Assembly (NCBI GenBank): GCA_965215195.1
Contig: CBDCDC010000002.1
Location: 2,368,001-2,432,000, forward strand
Direction of reading: 5' to 3'
DNA from: Candidatus Latescibacterota bacterium
GTDB lineage: Bacteria > Latescibacterota > UBA2968 > UBA8231
DNA length: 64,000 bases
The translations under genes were made by a program, and so were the position numbers. The notes beneath the pieces are model-generated. The model saw only the letters and a program-made list of their open reading frames with translations, was not told the origin of the DNA and did no database searches. Positions 27,260 to 37,460 of this stretch are shown one piece after another (positions within the stretch are counted from its first letter, which is position 1; each line of letters begins with the position of its first letter).

Positions 27260-30200
27260 ATGAAGTCTTTGATCGGCAGCCTCATCGGATTGATGTTGAG
27301 CGTCTGCCCCTCGAACGGAACCGAGCAACCCTACTCGCCCCAAGAGCTAAAAGCAGCGAAAGCAGAACTGCGTACGCACAATCGGTTGTGGACGTTTGAG
27401 GCGGGGGCCGTACTCGGCCGTGAATGGACGAGCCGCGCACCAGAGGACGCCGAGCTGCGGGCACTCTACGCGCGTCAGCTACACGGGCAGTTGTACGGAT
27501 GCCGAGAGATCCAAGAGCAAGCTGACGCGATCTTGGAACGGGAGCCGGACAACCCGTGGGGACTCTACGTGCAAGCACTCGCGTTTCTGGCGGACAGGGA
27601 ACATTCCGAGGCGGCCGAGTCCAGCCTGCGCGCCTATATGCAGCAGCCTCGGCCGGAGTTTGCCGCGACGCACCTTCAGGCGCTTAGGTTTAGAAACGCG
27701 GAGGCGGGGAGGGCATTTCTCGACTCGCTGGATGCGGCGACCCGCCAGCATCCCGAGGTCCTCCATGCCCGGGCGGAATTCGAGTACTGGGCACAGTACA
27801 GGCTGGAGGATCCCGCCTATGCGGACACGAGCCTCGCCACCTTGGCCACGCTTCGAGCGCATTGGCCCAACCACGTCAGCGGCTACCTGCGCGCCGCAGA
27901 ACAGCTCTACCAAGCCGATAAGCCGAAGGAGGCGCTCCCGCTGATCGAAGAGGCCGTGCGCCTTGCCCCGAGCTCGGCGGACGTGCGCTCTTGTCATTGG
28001 CAGATTCTCAACGAGACGGATCAGCGCCCGGCCATTGAGGCCAGCATCACCGCGTACCGGAAGGCCGTGCCGGAGACCGTGCGCGGCCTCGCCCTGCTCA
28101 CCACGACTTATAGGAACGTACTCGAGGACCAAGAAAAGGCAGAGGCGTTTGAGGCGAAGCTGCTGGCGCGGGCGCCTGCGGGCCGACATGCGTCGCGGAT
28201 CCACCAAGGGAAGTTCGAACGGGAGTACCGACGATTACAGTCCGAGTTGGAGCGCATCGGCCACAAGGACGCGCCGGAGTACCAAGATCAGCTTCGCCTC
28301 CTGTGCGACGCGGCCTATCAGCTCCTCGAAAAACCTCTCTACGACGATAGCTTCCGCGAGCGACCGTACCGAGCGCTCTTCGGTGCCCTAAGTGCCATGA
28401 ACCCGGTTCCGGCCGAGGAACTCGCCGAGGCGGTGCGCACCTTGGTTAGGTACGAGCGGCTCAACCCGCGCCTAACGTACAGGGCCCTTATCTTGATGGC
28501 CGACCACGCGCCGCACGCCGAGGAAGCGGCCGCAATCGCTCGGGGCGTCATACCAGCCATGCTCAAGAGGGCCGCAGAGGAAGCGTGGGGAAAGCGTCGG
28601 CTGAACTACTACTTGGGCCTCGTCCACGACGCCCTCGGATGGACGCTCTACAAAGCAGGTCGCGTCGCGGAAGGCCGCAAAGAGCTTGAGCGGGCCCTGG
28701 AGCTTTCGCACAGAAACACCCGTGCTCACTATCACTTAGGCCAAGTGTTCGAGCACATGGCGACCGAGGCCGAGGAAGCCGGCACTTGGCTCGACAAGGC
28801 GGCGGACGCCTACATCGCCGGCCTCGAGATCCGATCTTGGGGACCCAACCCCTGCGAGGCGGCCTTAGTCGCGCTGTACGAGCGTCGGCACGGCTCGCGC
28901 GAAGGGTTCGACGAGTATCTCGCCACGCTCCGCGCCGAGGACTCTTCCAGTCAGATCCGCTTAACGCCCAAAATTGACCTCCATCTCGAACCGGTGCCGG
29001 TCGAAGGGCTTCCCGACCGCACGCTCAATCTCCCGCCCGGCTTTAAGGTCAAGCTCTTCTCCGACCAAGTAGATAAAGCCCGCTATATGGCTTGGGACGA
29101 CCAAGGCGTCTTGCACGTGGCCAACATGAAGCAGCGGGGAGGGAATCCGTGGAGCCCGGTCTCGGGCCGCCAAGGCACGGTGTTGGCCTTGCCCGACCAA
29201 GACGGCGATGGTCGCGCCGACACTGTGTACAAAGCGGTCGACGACCTTAACTGGCCCCACAGCATCGCCTTCTACCAAGGGGCACTCTTCGTGGCTGATG
29301 ACGATGCGATCTACCGCCTCGAAGACCGGGACGCGGACGGCTTCTACGAGGAGCGCACCGTCTTCGCCGAGGTGCCCGGTTTCATGGGTCGTGCCGTTGA
29401 GCACGTGACGCATACGCTGGTTTTCGACGAATCCAACGACAAGCTCTACTTCCACATTGGCTCAGGTTGCGACATCTGCCGCGAAGACGATCCAGAACGC
29501 TCCACGGTCATGCAGATGAACACCGACGGCACGGGACGGCGGATCTTTGCCTCTGGGCTGCGCAATGCCATCGGCCTCGACTTGCACCCGGTCACCGGCC
29601 AACTATGGGCTGCCAACACGGGGCATGATCGCGAGGGCCCAAACCTGCCGCCGGAGTGGATCACCCCCCTCCGCGACGGCGGCTTCTATGGCTGGCCGTT
29701 TGCTTACGGGGACAAAGTCTGGACCGATTTCTCCACCTACGGAAGGTCAATTTTTCCGCTGACCGCTGCCGATTCGCTGTCGGTTGCCAACATGGATACT
29801 CCAGCCATCCTCATTCCCGCCCACTTGGCACCCATGGCGCTGCATTTCTACACGCACGACCCGTTCCCTTCCCAGTACAAACACGCTGCATTTGTCGCCT
29901 GCCGCGCCGGCGCCTTGGGCAACGATCCCGGCTACAAGGTCATGGCGCTTTTTGCCGCGCCCGATGGGTCCAACGCCCGCGTCGCCGATTTTCTCACCGG
30001 CTTCCGCCTCGATTCCAGCGAGGACGACAAAGATGGCGGATTGGGTGGGTTATTCGGTTTTTTCTCTTTTAATTCCGCTAACGTGTGGGGTAAGCCCGTT
30101 GGGCTGACTACTGACGAGGCTGGACGCCTCTATTTAACCAGCGACGAAATCACCCAAGCCATCTTTCGCATTGAGGCCAGCCCCCTCCAAGGCACGTGGG

Positions 30201-30505
30201 AAAACCCCCCGCCCGACACCTTGCTCGCCGGCGCAGCACTACCTTTGCGTTCGACAATTCGCCTCCGGCGGCAGGTAGCAGACGCCGAGCCAGCACAGCT
30301 AACGGCCAATTTAGCTGCGCTGGGCGGCTCGGAGGCGTTGCCGTTGCAACGAATAGACGATCAGACCTATCGCCTCGAAGCCGACCTCTCGGCCGGTGAA
30401 CACAATGGCCGCAAAAAGCTGGTGGTGCATCTCGCCCAAGGCGACGAGGCGACCAAACTGGTGCATTCTATCGTCGTGCTGCCCAGAGAGACGCTATCGC
30501 CTTAG
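27260..30505 (+). CDS. Secreted TPR-repeat protein fused to a glucose/sorbosone dehydrogenase-like beta-propeller
   Basis: TPR motifs (DALGWTLYKAG...AHYHLG); LPPGFKVKLF, ASGLRNAIGL, FYGWP, GKPVGL. Confidence 0.8.
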   Translation: MKSLIGSLIGLMLSVCPSNGTEQPYSPQELKAAKAELRTHNRLWTFEAGAVLGREWTSRAPEDAELRALYARQLHGQLYGCREIQEQADAILEREPDNPWGLYVQALAFLADREHSEAAESSLRAYMQQPRPEFAATHLQALRFRNAEAGRAFLDSLDAATRQHPEVLHARAEFEYWAQYRLEDPAYADTSLATLATLRAHWPNHVSGYLRAAEQLYQADKPKEALPLIEEAVRLAPSSADVRSCHWQILNETDQRPAIEASITAYRKAVPETVRGLALLTTTYRNVLEDQEKAEAFEAKLLARAPAGRHASRIHQGKFEREYRRLQSELERIGHKDAPEYQDQLRLLCDAAYQLLEKPLYDDSFRERPYRALFGALSAMNPVPAEELAEAVRTLVRYERLNPRLTYRALILMADHAPHAEEAAAIARGVIPAMLKRAAEEAWGKRRLNYYLGLVHDALGWTLYKAGRVAEGRKELERALELSHRNTRAHYHLGQVFEHMATEAEEAGTWLDKAADAYIAGLEIRSWGPNPCEAALVALYERRHGSREGFDEYLATLRAEDSSSQIRLTPKIDLHLEPVPVEGLPDRTLNLPPGFKVKLFSDQVDKARYMAWDDQGVLHVANMKQRGGNPWSPVSGRQGTVLALPDQDGDGRADTVYKAVDDLNWPHSIAFYQGALFVADDDAIYRLEDRDADGFYEERTVFAEVPGFMGRAVEHVTHTLVFDESNDKLYFHIGSGCDICREDDPERSTVMQMNTDGTGRRIFASGLRNAIGLDLHPVTGQLWAANTGHDREGPNLPPEWITPLRDGGFYGWPFAYGDKVWTDFSTYGRSIFPLTAADSLSVANMDTPAILIPAHLAPMALHFYTHDPFPSQYKHAAFVACRAGALGNDPGYKVMALFAAPDGSNARVADFLTGFRLDSSEDDKDGGLGGLFGFFSFNSANVWGKPVGLTTDEAGRLYLTSDEITQAIFRIEASPLQGTWENPPPDTLLAGAALPLRSTIRLRRQVADAEPAQLTANLAALGGSEALPLQRIDDQTYRLEADLSAGEHNGRKKLVVHLAQGDEATKLVHSIVVLPRETLSP

Positions 30506-30595
30506 AAGCCGTCTGAAAACGAAGGTTTCGCTCTCGGCCTTGACGCCGAGCCGCTGGGATCGAGGGCGTCTCGCCCTCGAAACATCCGTTATAAA

Positions 30596-31804
30596 ATGAA
30601 CCGCCTCTCGCTCATCGTCCTGTGCTGTGTGTCCCTGTACTCCTGCGTCAAAAGCCTCGTTGACCCGGACATCCAGCCTTTGTCCGGGTCAAGCCCCCAA
30701 ATAATGGTCCACTACATGCCTTGGTACGCCTCCAAACCCGTCAGCGGCGAGTGGGGTTGGCACTGGACCATGAATCACTTTGATCCCGATGCAATCGCCG
30801 ACGATGGCCGCCGCGAAATAGCCTCTCATTACTACCCACTGATCGGGCCGTACGATTCAAACGACCCACGCGCATTGGAATGTCACGTATTGCTTATGAA
30901 ATTCGCGGGCATCGACGGCGCAATCATCGACTGGTACGGCATTAAAGATCACCGCGATTACGCCGCGATCCACCGCAATACCAATCACCTAATCGCGTAC
31001 ATCAAAAAGGCCGGATTGAGCTTTGCAATATGTTACGAAGACCAATCGATAAAGCACCTCGTCGACGATGGGATCCTCCGCGCAAGCCAAGCTCTTAGCC
31101 ACGGCCAAGATGTCTTGCGCTGGATGCAGGACCACTGGTTTGTCGCCGACGAATACGCCAAGATCGCTGGCCGGCCCCTGCTCCTCGTATTCGGGCCGCA
31201 GTACTTCAAAGGGGCGCAGTGGAAGCAGCTATTTTCGGGCTTGCCGCAACCTCCGTCCTTCTACACCCTGAACGCTCTTGAGGAAGGGGCCGACGGGGTA
31301 TTCGGCTGGCCTCCAGTACACGGCGGTCGCGTCGTGCCTCCGGCCGCTTGGCGCGCGTACCTAAGCCAGCTCTACGAGCAGGGTGGCGTTGGCACGGCCT
31401 TTCCCAAGTTCCACGACATCTACGAGGAAGCCGGTGTGCGCGCAAGCTACGGGTACTTAGACGACCAAGAAGGCGCGGTTTTTGCGGAGACGCTAGAACG
31501 CGCCGGGGAAAGCGCGTCCCTGATCCAGATCGCCACTTGGAACGATTACGGCGAGGGCTCCATAATTGAGCCGACCGCAGAATTCGGCTATCGCTATCTC
31601 GAAGCGATACAGGACTACCGCAAAAAGCAAGCCGACAAGACCTTTCCGTACCGCCCAGAAGATCTGCGGCTGCCCATCGCGCTATACCAGCTTCGCCAGC
31701 AAGCCGCGGCGGACGGGCTGGCGGCCGTACACCTCGACAGCGCAGCAGCGCTTATGTTCGCGTCTGAAATTGAGGCCGCGAGAAAAATGCTGCTGCGGGA
31801 GTAA
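30596..31804 (+). CDS. GH99/GH71-like glycoside hydrolase lipoprotein
   Basis: Lipobox-like LYSC; HYMPWY, IASHYYPLIGPYDSND, AGIDG, IATWNDYGEG. Confidence 0.75.
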   Translation: MNRLSLIVLCCVSLYSCVKSLVDPDIQPLSGSSPQIMVHYMPWYASKPVSGEWGWHWTMNHFDPDAIADDGRREIASHYYPLIGPYDSNDPRALECHVLLMKFAGIDGAIIDWYGIKDHRDYAAIHRNTNHLIAYIKKAGLSFAICYEDQSIKHLVDDGILRASQALSHGQDVLRWMQDHWFVADEYAKIAGRPLLLVFGPQYFKGAQWKQLFSGLPQPPSFYTLNALEEGADGVFGWPPVHGGRVVPPAAWRAYLSQLYEQGGVGTAFPKFHDIYEEAGVRASYGYLDDQEGAVFAETLERAGESASLIQIATWNDYGEGSIIEPTAEFGYRYLEAIQDYRKKQADKTFPYRPEDLRLPIALYQLRQQAAADGLAAVHLDSAAALMFASEIEAARKMLLRE

Positions 31805-31811
31805 TGCCCTG

Positions 31812-31917
31812 CCTAAGTACACGACAGTTGGGATTTAACCTCGGATCGAGGGCGTCTCGCCCTCGATCCCGGACTCATCGCCCATCAAAGACAAATTATT
31901 GGTGTCGTGTAGTTAGG
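31812..31917. mobile_element. MITE-like element (~106 bp) with an internal palindrome
   Basis: Ends CCTAAGTACACGACA / TGTCGTGTAGTTAGG (14/15 inverted match); internal GGATCGAGGGC-N5-GCCCTCGATCC; related copy at 39973-40063. Confidence 0.7.
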
Positions 31918-31991
31918 TGCTTTACAAATGACGTATCCAGACTAGGCGGCGACCGCGTTCCATTGACTAGAGCCAACAGAGGGAATACCCT

Positions 31992-33020
31992 TTGACGACC
32001 TTTTACCCGGAGCATGTCATGGGCCTAAGCACTGCCGAACGCCAGCAATTCTACGACCTCGGCTACGTAGTCAAAGCAGACATCTACTCTCAAGCCGATC
32101 TGCAACCTCTCAAAGACGGGCTCACCGCCGTCATTGACCAGACGTGTGCCGCCTTGCAAAAGGAAGGCCTACTCGGCGCGGAGACCTTTGTGACCGAACC
32201 TTTTCAAACTCGGCTCGGCGCCCTTTTCAAAGCCAACGTCGCAGTCGGCGAGCGCGTGACTCAAGCGATCATGGGGCGCGGTGGCGGCGGCTTCAAAGAA
32301 CGGGCCATTCTCGACTTTTTGCGCCATCCGCCGCTCGTCTCCTGCATCGAAAGCCTCGTCGGCCCGGACATCATTGGCTCGTCCGTGTACCGCATCCGCC
32401 CCAAGGCCCCCGGCTACTCGCGCGGGGCCGTGCCTTGGCACCAAGACTCGGGTTATTTCATGCCCCACTGCGACCGGAGCTTGATCGTGACTTGCTGGAT
32501 TCCCCTCGTCGATGCCACCGTTGAAAACGGCTGTTTGTACGTCATCCCTCAAGCGCACCGCAGCGGCGTCTATCGCCACTACACCGGCGGGCAAGGCGGG
32601 TATCTCGAAATCGCCGGCGAAGACTTGCCGGCCCCCGAGCCTGTGGCCTGCCCAATGCGCGCCGGCTCGGTGCTCTTTATGACCAATCTCACCCCGCACG
32701 CCTCCTTTGAGAACAACACCGACATCGTCCGCTGGAGCGTTGATCTGCGCTACCAAGACGCGGTCGTTCCGAACAACATTGACGAAGATCCCAAAGACTT
32801 TGAGCCGGAACGCGACCCGGTCACCATGGCCTGCTTACCTACGGAAGGCGATTTTGTCATCAAAGACGCGCAAAACCCAGAGCGCGAAGTCACCGACATC
32901 GCCGAATTCAAGGAAATCCGCACCCGCTACGAACGGACTCCTGTACACAAGCCCGGCCGCGGCTGGACCCCTTTTGCCGAGCGCGAAACCACAACTTTGC
33001 AAGGGAGGACGACTTCGTGA
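31992..33020 (+). CDS. Phytanoyl-CoA dioxygenase (PhyH) family Fe/2OG oxygenase
   Basis: PWHQD, WIPLVDATVENGCL..IP, TPHAS..N....R. Confidence 0.85.
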   Translation: MTTFYPEHVMGLSTAERQQFYDLGYVVKADIYSQADLQPLKDGLTAVIDQTCAALQKEGLLGAETFVTEPFQTRLGALFKANVAVGERVTQAIMGRGGGGFKERAILDFLRHPPLVSCIESLVGPDIIGSSVYRIRPKAPGYSRGAVPWHQDSGYFMPHCDRSLIVTCWIPLVDATVENGCLYVIPQAHRSGVYRHYTGGQGGYLEIAGEDLPAPEPVACPMRAGSVLFMTNLTPHASFENNTDIVRWSVDLRYQDAVVPNNIDEDPKDFEPERDPVTMACLPTEGDFVIKDAQNPEREVTDIAEFKEIRTRYERTPVHKPGRGWTPFAERETTTLQGRTTS

Positions 33021-33463
33021 GCAACAACTACTCGGAAAGCGGCTTTCGGGAGAAACTGCTCGATTACGCGATTAATTACGTGATTAGCAACTTTCGGGAG
33101 AAACCGGAAAGCGGCTTTTGGGAGAAACTGCGCGATTACGCGATTAGCGGCTTTTGGGAGAAACTGCGCGATTACGCGATTGTCGCCGGGCGCGAAGTGG
33201 TCGAGAGAGCCCTTATGTTGTACTACGCAGCGCAAGCACCGGAAACGCCGATGGAGGCGAAAACGGTCATTTACGGCGCCCTCGCCTATTTTATTTTACC
33301 CGCCGATCTCGTCTCCGACTTCATCCCAGTAGCCGGGTATGTAGACGATCTGGGCGTACTGTTCAAGGCACTCGCGACGGTCGCCGCGTACATTACCCCG
33401 GAAATTGAAGAGAAAGCCAAGCGGAAAGCGGCCGAGTGGTTCGGCGACACGGGTCGTGTTTAG
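33017..33463 (+). CDS. DUF1232 (YkvA) family protein with N-terminal repeats
   Basis: GALAYFILPADLVSDFIPVAGYVDDL. Confidence 0.85.
   Translation: MSNNYSESGFREKLLDYAINYVISNFREKPESGFWEKLRDYAISGFWEKLRDYAIVAGREVVERALMLYYAAQAPETPMEAKTVIYGALAYFILPADLVSDFIPVAGYVDDLGVLFKALATVAAYITPEIEEKAKRKAAEWFGDTGRV
33038..33181 (+). repeat. Coding 36-bp tandem repeat (SGFWEKLRDYAI), three copies plus one partial
   Basis: AGCGGCTTTTGGGAGAAACTGCGCGATTACGCGATT at 33110 and 33146; variant at 33038. Confidence 0.9.
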
Positions 33464-33477
33464 CGGTAGCGTCCTTT

Positions 33478-34068
33478 ATGAACTTCACCCACTGGATTTT
33501 TGATCTCGATAACACCCTCGCCGATAGCGCCATTGATTTCGGCGCTATGCGCCAGCAGTTGGGCCTGCCTTTGGGCAAGGACATGCTCGAAGAAATTGAC
33601 GCCCGCCCGGCGGCCCAAGCGGCCGCGCTCAGACGCCGCCTTGCCGCGCTCGAACGCGAGTACGCGCTCCGCGCCCAACCCTTACCCGGCGTCCACGCGC
33701 TGCTGACCTCACTGGCCCAACGCAATGCTCGCCTCGGCATCCTCACCCGCAACAACCACGCCAATGCGTTGCAGACGCTCGCTGTCTGCGACCTCGCCGA
33801 ATTCTTCGATCCCGCCCACGTCTTGGGCCGCGACGAGGCCGCCCCCAAGCCCGACCCCGATGGCATCCGCAAGCTGCTCGCCGCTTGGGGTGCTGCGCCG
33901 GCAACCGCTGTGATGGTCGGCGACTTCCGCTACGACCTAGAGGCCGGCCGCCGCGCCGCGGTCACCACCATTTACTACGACGCTTCAGGGCAGGACCTCT
34001 GGACAGCTGAAGCTGACTTCCGCGTCCAAAGCCACGCCGAGCTACTTGCGCTGTGTTGTGCGGGATAA
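33478..34068 (+). CDS. HAD family hydrolase
   Basis: FDLDNTL, LTRN, KPDPDG, MVGDFRYDL. Confidence 0.9.
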   Translation: MNFTHWIFDLDNTLADSAIDFGAMRQQLGLPLGKDMLEEIDARPAAQAAALRRRLAALEREYALRAQPLPGVHALLTSLAQRNARLGILTRNNHANALQTLAVCDLAEFFDPAHVLGRDEAAPKPDPDGIRKLLAAWGAAPATAVMVGDFRYDLEAGRRAAVTTIYYDASGQDLWTAEADFRVQSHAELLALCCAG

Positions 34069-34387
34069 CGGACGTTACGCACTTTTCGGTTGCCGGGGGA
34101 ACAACCCGATCCGCAGATGACGCAGAACCGCTGGTGGGTCGCCGCGAAAACGACGCCTCTGCGTTCATCGGCGGCGTAACAGCGCGGGCTTACTACACGC
34201 CACCAGCCCTCAGCCGGCCAAGGATCGAGGGCATCTGGCCCGCGATCCCGCACCCAGCGGAAACAGCAGAAAAGGCGTACTCAAAGTAAGGGGCGCCTAC
34301 TTTAGGGGTCGGGTACTAAGCAGCGCGGGATACGTTAAATACGATGCGACGATACCCCCCATTTGCCGCTAACGAAGAGAGTTGACC

Positions 34388-36694
34388 ATGTTCGCTACCC
34401 TCGCCAAGCCCCAACTCGGCTGGCTGCGCCGCTCCGCTTTTTGCGCCTTTCTACTCTCGATAGGGGCCGGGCCGTTGCTGGGGCAAGCTGCATTCATCAA
34501 TGAAATTCACTACGACAACAGCGGCGAGGATACCGGCGAAGCCATTGAGATCGCCGGGCCGGCTGGGACCGATCTTTCTGGCTGGGTCCTTGCGCTCTAC
34601 AACGGGAGGAATGGCGCGTTATACCATACCGAGCCTTTGAGCGGCATCATACCGAATCAGGCCAATGGGTTCGGCGCGAGCACCTTCAGCTTTGCAAAAA
34701 GCATCCAGAACGGGGGGGCCGATGGGATCGCCCTAGTCGCCAACGGCAAGGGTTACGAAGGAACCTTCACGGCGGCCGGTGGACCCGCTGACGGCATGAC
34801 CAGCACTGACATCCGGGTTGCCGAATCCGGCTCCACGCCAGTGGAATTTTCCCTGCAACTCAAAGGCACCGGCACTGGGTCGGGTGATTTTTTTTGGGGC
34901 ATACCAACCCAATCTAGCTTTGGTGCCGTAAATGCCGAACAGGTCTTCGGCACAGACGCGGCAAGTGCGGCCCACGTCGCGTCTCCCCGGCTGCTCAGCA
35001 TCTGCGAAATTCAGGGGGCTGGCCACACCTCGCCGTATAAGGACGAGCAAGTCTCGACGCGGGGCATGGTAACGGCTGTCGCTCGCAATGGCTTCTATTT
35101 CCAAGACCCAACCGGAGACGGCGATGAGCGCACGTCCGACGGGATGTTCGTCTATACCAAAAAGGCCCCCAAGGTCTCGGTCGGCGACGAGGTCCAGGTG
35201 ACCGGCCCGGTGATCGAATACATTCCCGGCAGCGCGACTACCAACAATCTGTCGATAACCGAATTCTCCCAGCCCGACCGCATTCAGATTGTGTCAACCA
35301 ACAACCCGGTGCTGGCGCCGGTGATCCTTGGCGCGGCCGGCCGCCAGCCGCCGACAAGGGCAATCGACGACGACCGCTTCGCCGTTTTCGACCCAGCCGA
35401 GGACGGCATTGACTTTTACGAGTCGCTGGAGGGAATGCTAGTGGAGGTGCCAGACGCGGTCGCCATTAGTCCGACCAACCGCTTTGGCGAGATCGTCGTC
35501 CTCGCCAACGCGGGTGCCGGGCAGCCGCTCAACTCGCGCGGCGGGTTGAATCTGACGCCGCATACCCTGCATCCGCAGCGCATCCAGCTCGACGACAGCC
35601 TCCTACCCGGCGACATGCCGGCAGCGCAGGTCGGCGATGCCCTCGGGGATGTGCGCGGCCCGCTTGGCTACCGCTTTGGCAACTTTGAGGTGCTCGTCCT
35701 GACCGAGCCGGTGGTAGAGAGCGCTGGCTTGGAGCCGGAAACGACTACCCTCGTGGGCACGGCCCAGCATCTGACGGTGGGCAGTTTCAACGTGTTCAAT
35801 CTCGATCCCAATGACCGCGACAAAAGTGCGGACCTAGCGGACGGTCAATTCGCGGCCATTGCCGACCAAATCGTCCATCGCCTGCGTTCACCGGATGTGC
35901 TGGCCTTGCAGGAAGTGCAGGACAACAGTGGCGGGGTCAACGACGGCACCACTTCAGCGGACCAGACGGCGTCCGCGCTCATTGCCGCCATTGTTGCGGC
36001 CGGTGGCCCCAAGTATGCGTACGCTGATGTCGCGCCCCCAGATGGGGCCGACGGCGGCCAGCCGGGCGGCAATATCCGCGTTGCGTACCTGTACCAGCCC
36101 GATCGGGTGGCCCTAATTGGTGCGGTGGAACGCCTTGAAGACACCGATGGCGACGATGCCTTCCGCCGCAGCCGCAAACCGCTCAAGGCCGCGTTCGATT
36201 TCAAGGGAACCAAGCTGACGGTGATCAACTGCCACTTCTCGTCCAAGTTTGGCAGCCCACCCCTGTTCGGCCGAATCCAGCCGCCGACCAATGGCGGGCT
36301 TGCCAAGCGCCTCGCCCAAGCCGCGTTCATCCACGACCTCGTCGCCGAGCTGCTGGCCGCCGATCCCAACGCCAACATCGTCGTGCTCGGGGATTTCAAC
36401 GAGTGCTCGTTTCCGCTCGCCCCAGTACAACCGCCGCCGGGCCATGTCCTGCAAACGCTGGCCGGCACTCGGCCGATTCTCTTCAATCTCGGCGACGCAG
36501 TGGATGGGGATTTGGCCTATTCCTACAACTTTCAGGGAATTTCCCAGCCGCTCGATCACCTGCTGGTCAGTTCGGCCCTGCTCGCGCTCCAGCCCGAGTT
36601 CGACTATGTCCACGTCAACACCGAGTTCCCCAACCAAGCCAGCGACCACGACCCCATCCTCGCGCGGTTGCTGCTTTGCGATCGCCCAGACTAG
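34388..36694 (+). CDS. Secreted endonuclease/exonuclease/phosphatase (lamin-tail-like + OB + EEP domains)
   Basis: INEIHYDN, EIQGAGHTSP, FNVFN, LQEVQD, GDFN, LDH, SDHDP. Confidence 0.85.
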   Translation: MFATLAKPQLGWLRRSAFCAFLLSIGAGPLLGQAAFINEIHYDNSGEDTGEAIEIAGPAGTDLSGWVLALYNGRNGALYHTEPLSGIIPNQANGFGASTFSFAKSIQNGGADGIALVANGKGYEGTFTAAGGPADGMTSTDIRVAESGSTPVEFSLQLKGTGTGSGDFFWGIPTQSSFGAVNAEQVFGTDAASAAHVASPRLLSICEIQGAGHTSPYKDEQVSTRGMVTAVARNGFYFQDPTGDGDERTSDGMFVYTKKAPKVSVGDEVQVTGPVIEYIPGSATTNNLSITEFSQPDRIQIVSTNNPVLAPVILGAAGRQPPTRAIDDDRFAVFDPAEDGIDFYESLEGMLVEVPDAVAISPTNRFGEIVVLANAGAGQPLNSRGGLNLTPHTLHPQRIQLDDSLLPGDMPAAQVGDALGDVRGPLGYRFGNFEVLVLTEPVVESAGLEPETTTLVGTAQHLTVGSFNVFNLDPNDRDKSADLADGQFAAIADQIVHRLRSPDVLALQEVQDNSGGVNDGTTSADQTASALIAAIVAAGGPKYAYADVAPPDGADGGQPGGNIRVAYLYQPDRVALIGAVERLEDTDGDDAFRRSRKPLKAAFDFKGTKLTVINCHFSSKFGSPPLFGRIQPPTNGGLAKRLAQAAFIHDLVAELLAADPNANIVVLGDFNECSFPLAPVQPPPGHVLQTLAGTRPILFNLGDAVDGDLAYSYNFQGISQPLDHLLVSSALLALQPEFDYVHVNTEFPNQASDHDPILARLLLCDRPD

Positions 36695-37074
36695 GAACCC
36701 CGCCGACCACCCTTGCTGAAAAGCCGCCGCTGGGAGTTGGTGTTGCGCTGGTCGCCGCGAGGTGAGAAAAAGCTACTGCGCTGCTGGTCCGGGCGGTTGC
36801 CGCCCCTGCCCGCCCCGCGCCCGGCCTTATCCTTGCGCTCGTGCGCCTCGCTGAGGTGCAGCTTCTGTCCCTCAAATTCCTTGTCGTTGAGATGGGCAAT
36901 GGCCTCTTCGCCTTCGTGCCGGGTGGCCATCTCCACGTAGCCGAAGCCGCGCGAGGTGCCGCTTTTCTTGTCTCGGGCGATGGTGGCGGCCACGACCTTC
37001 CCGTATGGTTGGAAGAGCTGGATCAGCGCCTCCTTTTTGGTCGTCTTTGCCAAATTGCCTACGTGTATGTTCAC
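36691..37074 (-). CDS. RRM-type RNA-binding protein
   Basis: IHVGNL (RNP2), RGFGYVEM (RNP1), Gly/Arg tail; AAGGAG then GTG start. Confidence 0.9.
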   Translation of the reverse strand: MNIHVGNLAKTTKKEALIQLFQPYGKVVAATIARDKKSGTSRGFGYVEMATRHEGEEAIAHLNDKEFEGQKLHLSEAHERKDKAGRGAGRGGNRPDQQRSSFFSPRGDQRNTNSQRRLFSKGGRRGS

Positions 37075-37329
37075 AGTGTACTCCTTTCGCTGGCGCGGAT
37101 TGTTTTCCTTTGCGCGTCTGATTTGGATGCCGGTCAGCGCCCGTATCTCCTCGTCGAGTTTCGCAAGTCGTTTAATTTTTCGCAAATTCCTCGTGCGTCA
37201 TCCCCGCACTCAATAGCTCTAAGATCGTCTCGACGGGATACCGCAGGCCGCGAATGCAGGTAGTGTCGTGTACTAAGGCGACGTACATAATAGTGTATTT
37301 CTTTTACCGCTGCATCCGCGTCTTTCCGT

Positions 37330-37445
37330 ACCAATCCATCATCCGCTCCACCATCTTTCCCCGCATGAGCCGGATCGTCGTACAGGTTGTACAACTCGTC
37401 TGGGTCCTCTTCTAAGCGATACAACTCCCCGTGTGGTAGCCGCCA
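37330..37445 (-). pseudogene. Sulfatase C-terminal fragment
   Basis: GELYRLEEDPDELYNLYDDPAHA motif with no upstream catalytic domain. Confidence 0.5.
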
Positions 37446-37460
37446 TCCTTGAGCTGCGCG

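Noticed and set aside
27258-27271. Another precursor scar (TTATGAAGTCTTTG, MKSL)
   Set aside because: This is the start of the TPR-dehydrogenase signal peptide and lacks the upstream SD/uORF element, so it is probably coincidental
33038-33181. CRISPR array (36-bp repeats)
   Set aside because: The repeats abut without unique spacers, are in-frame coding sequence, and no cas genes are present
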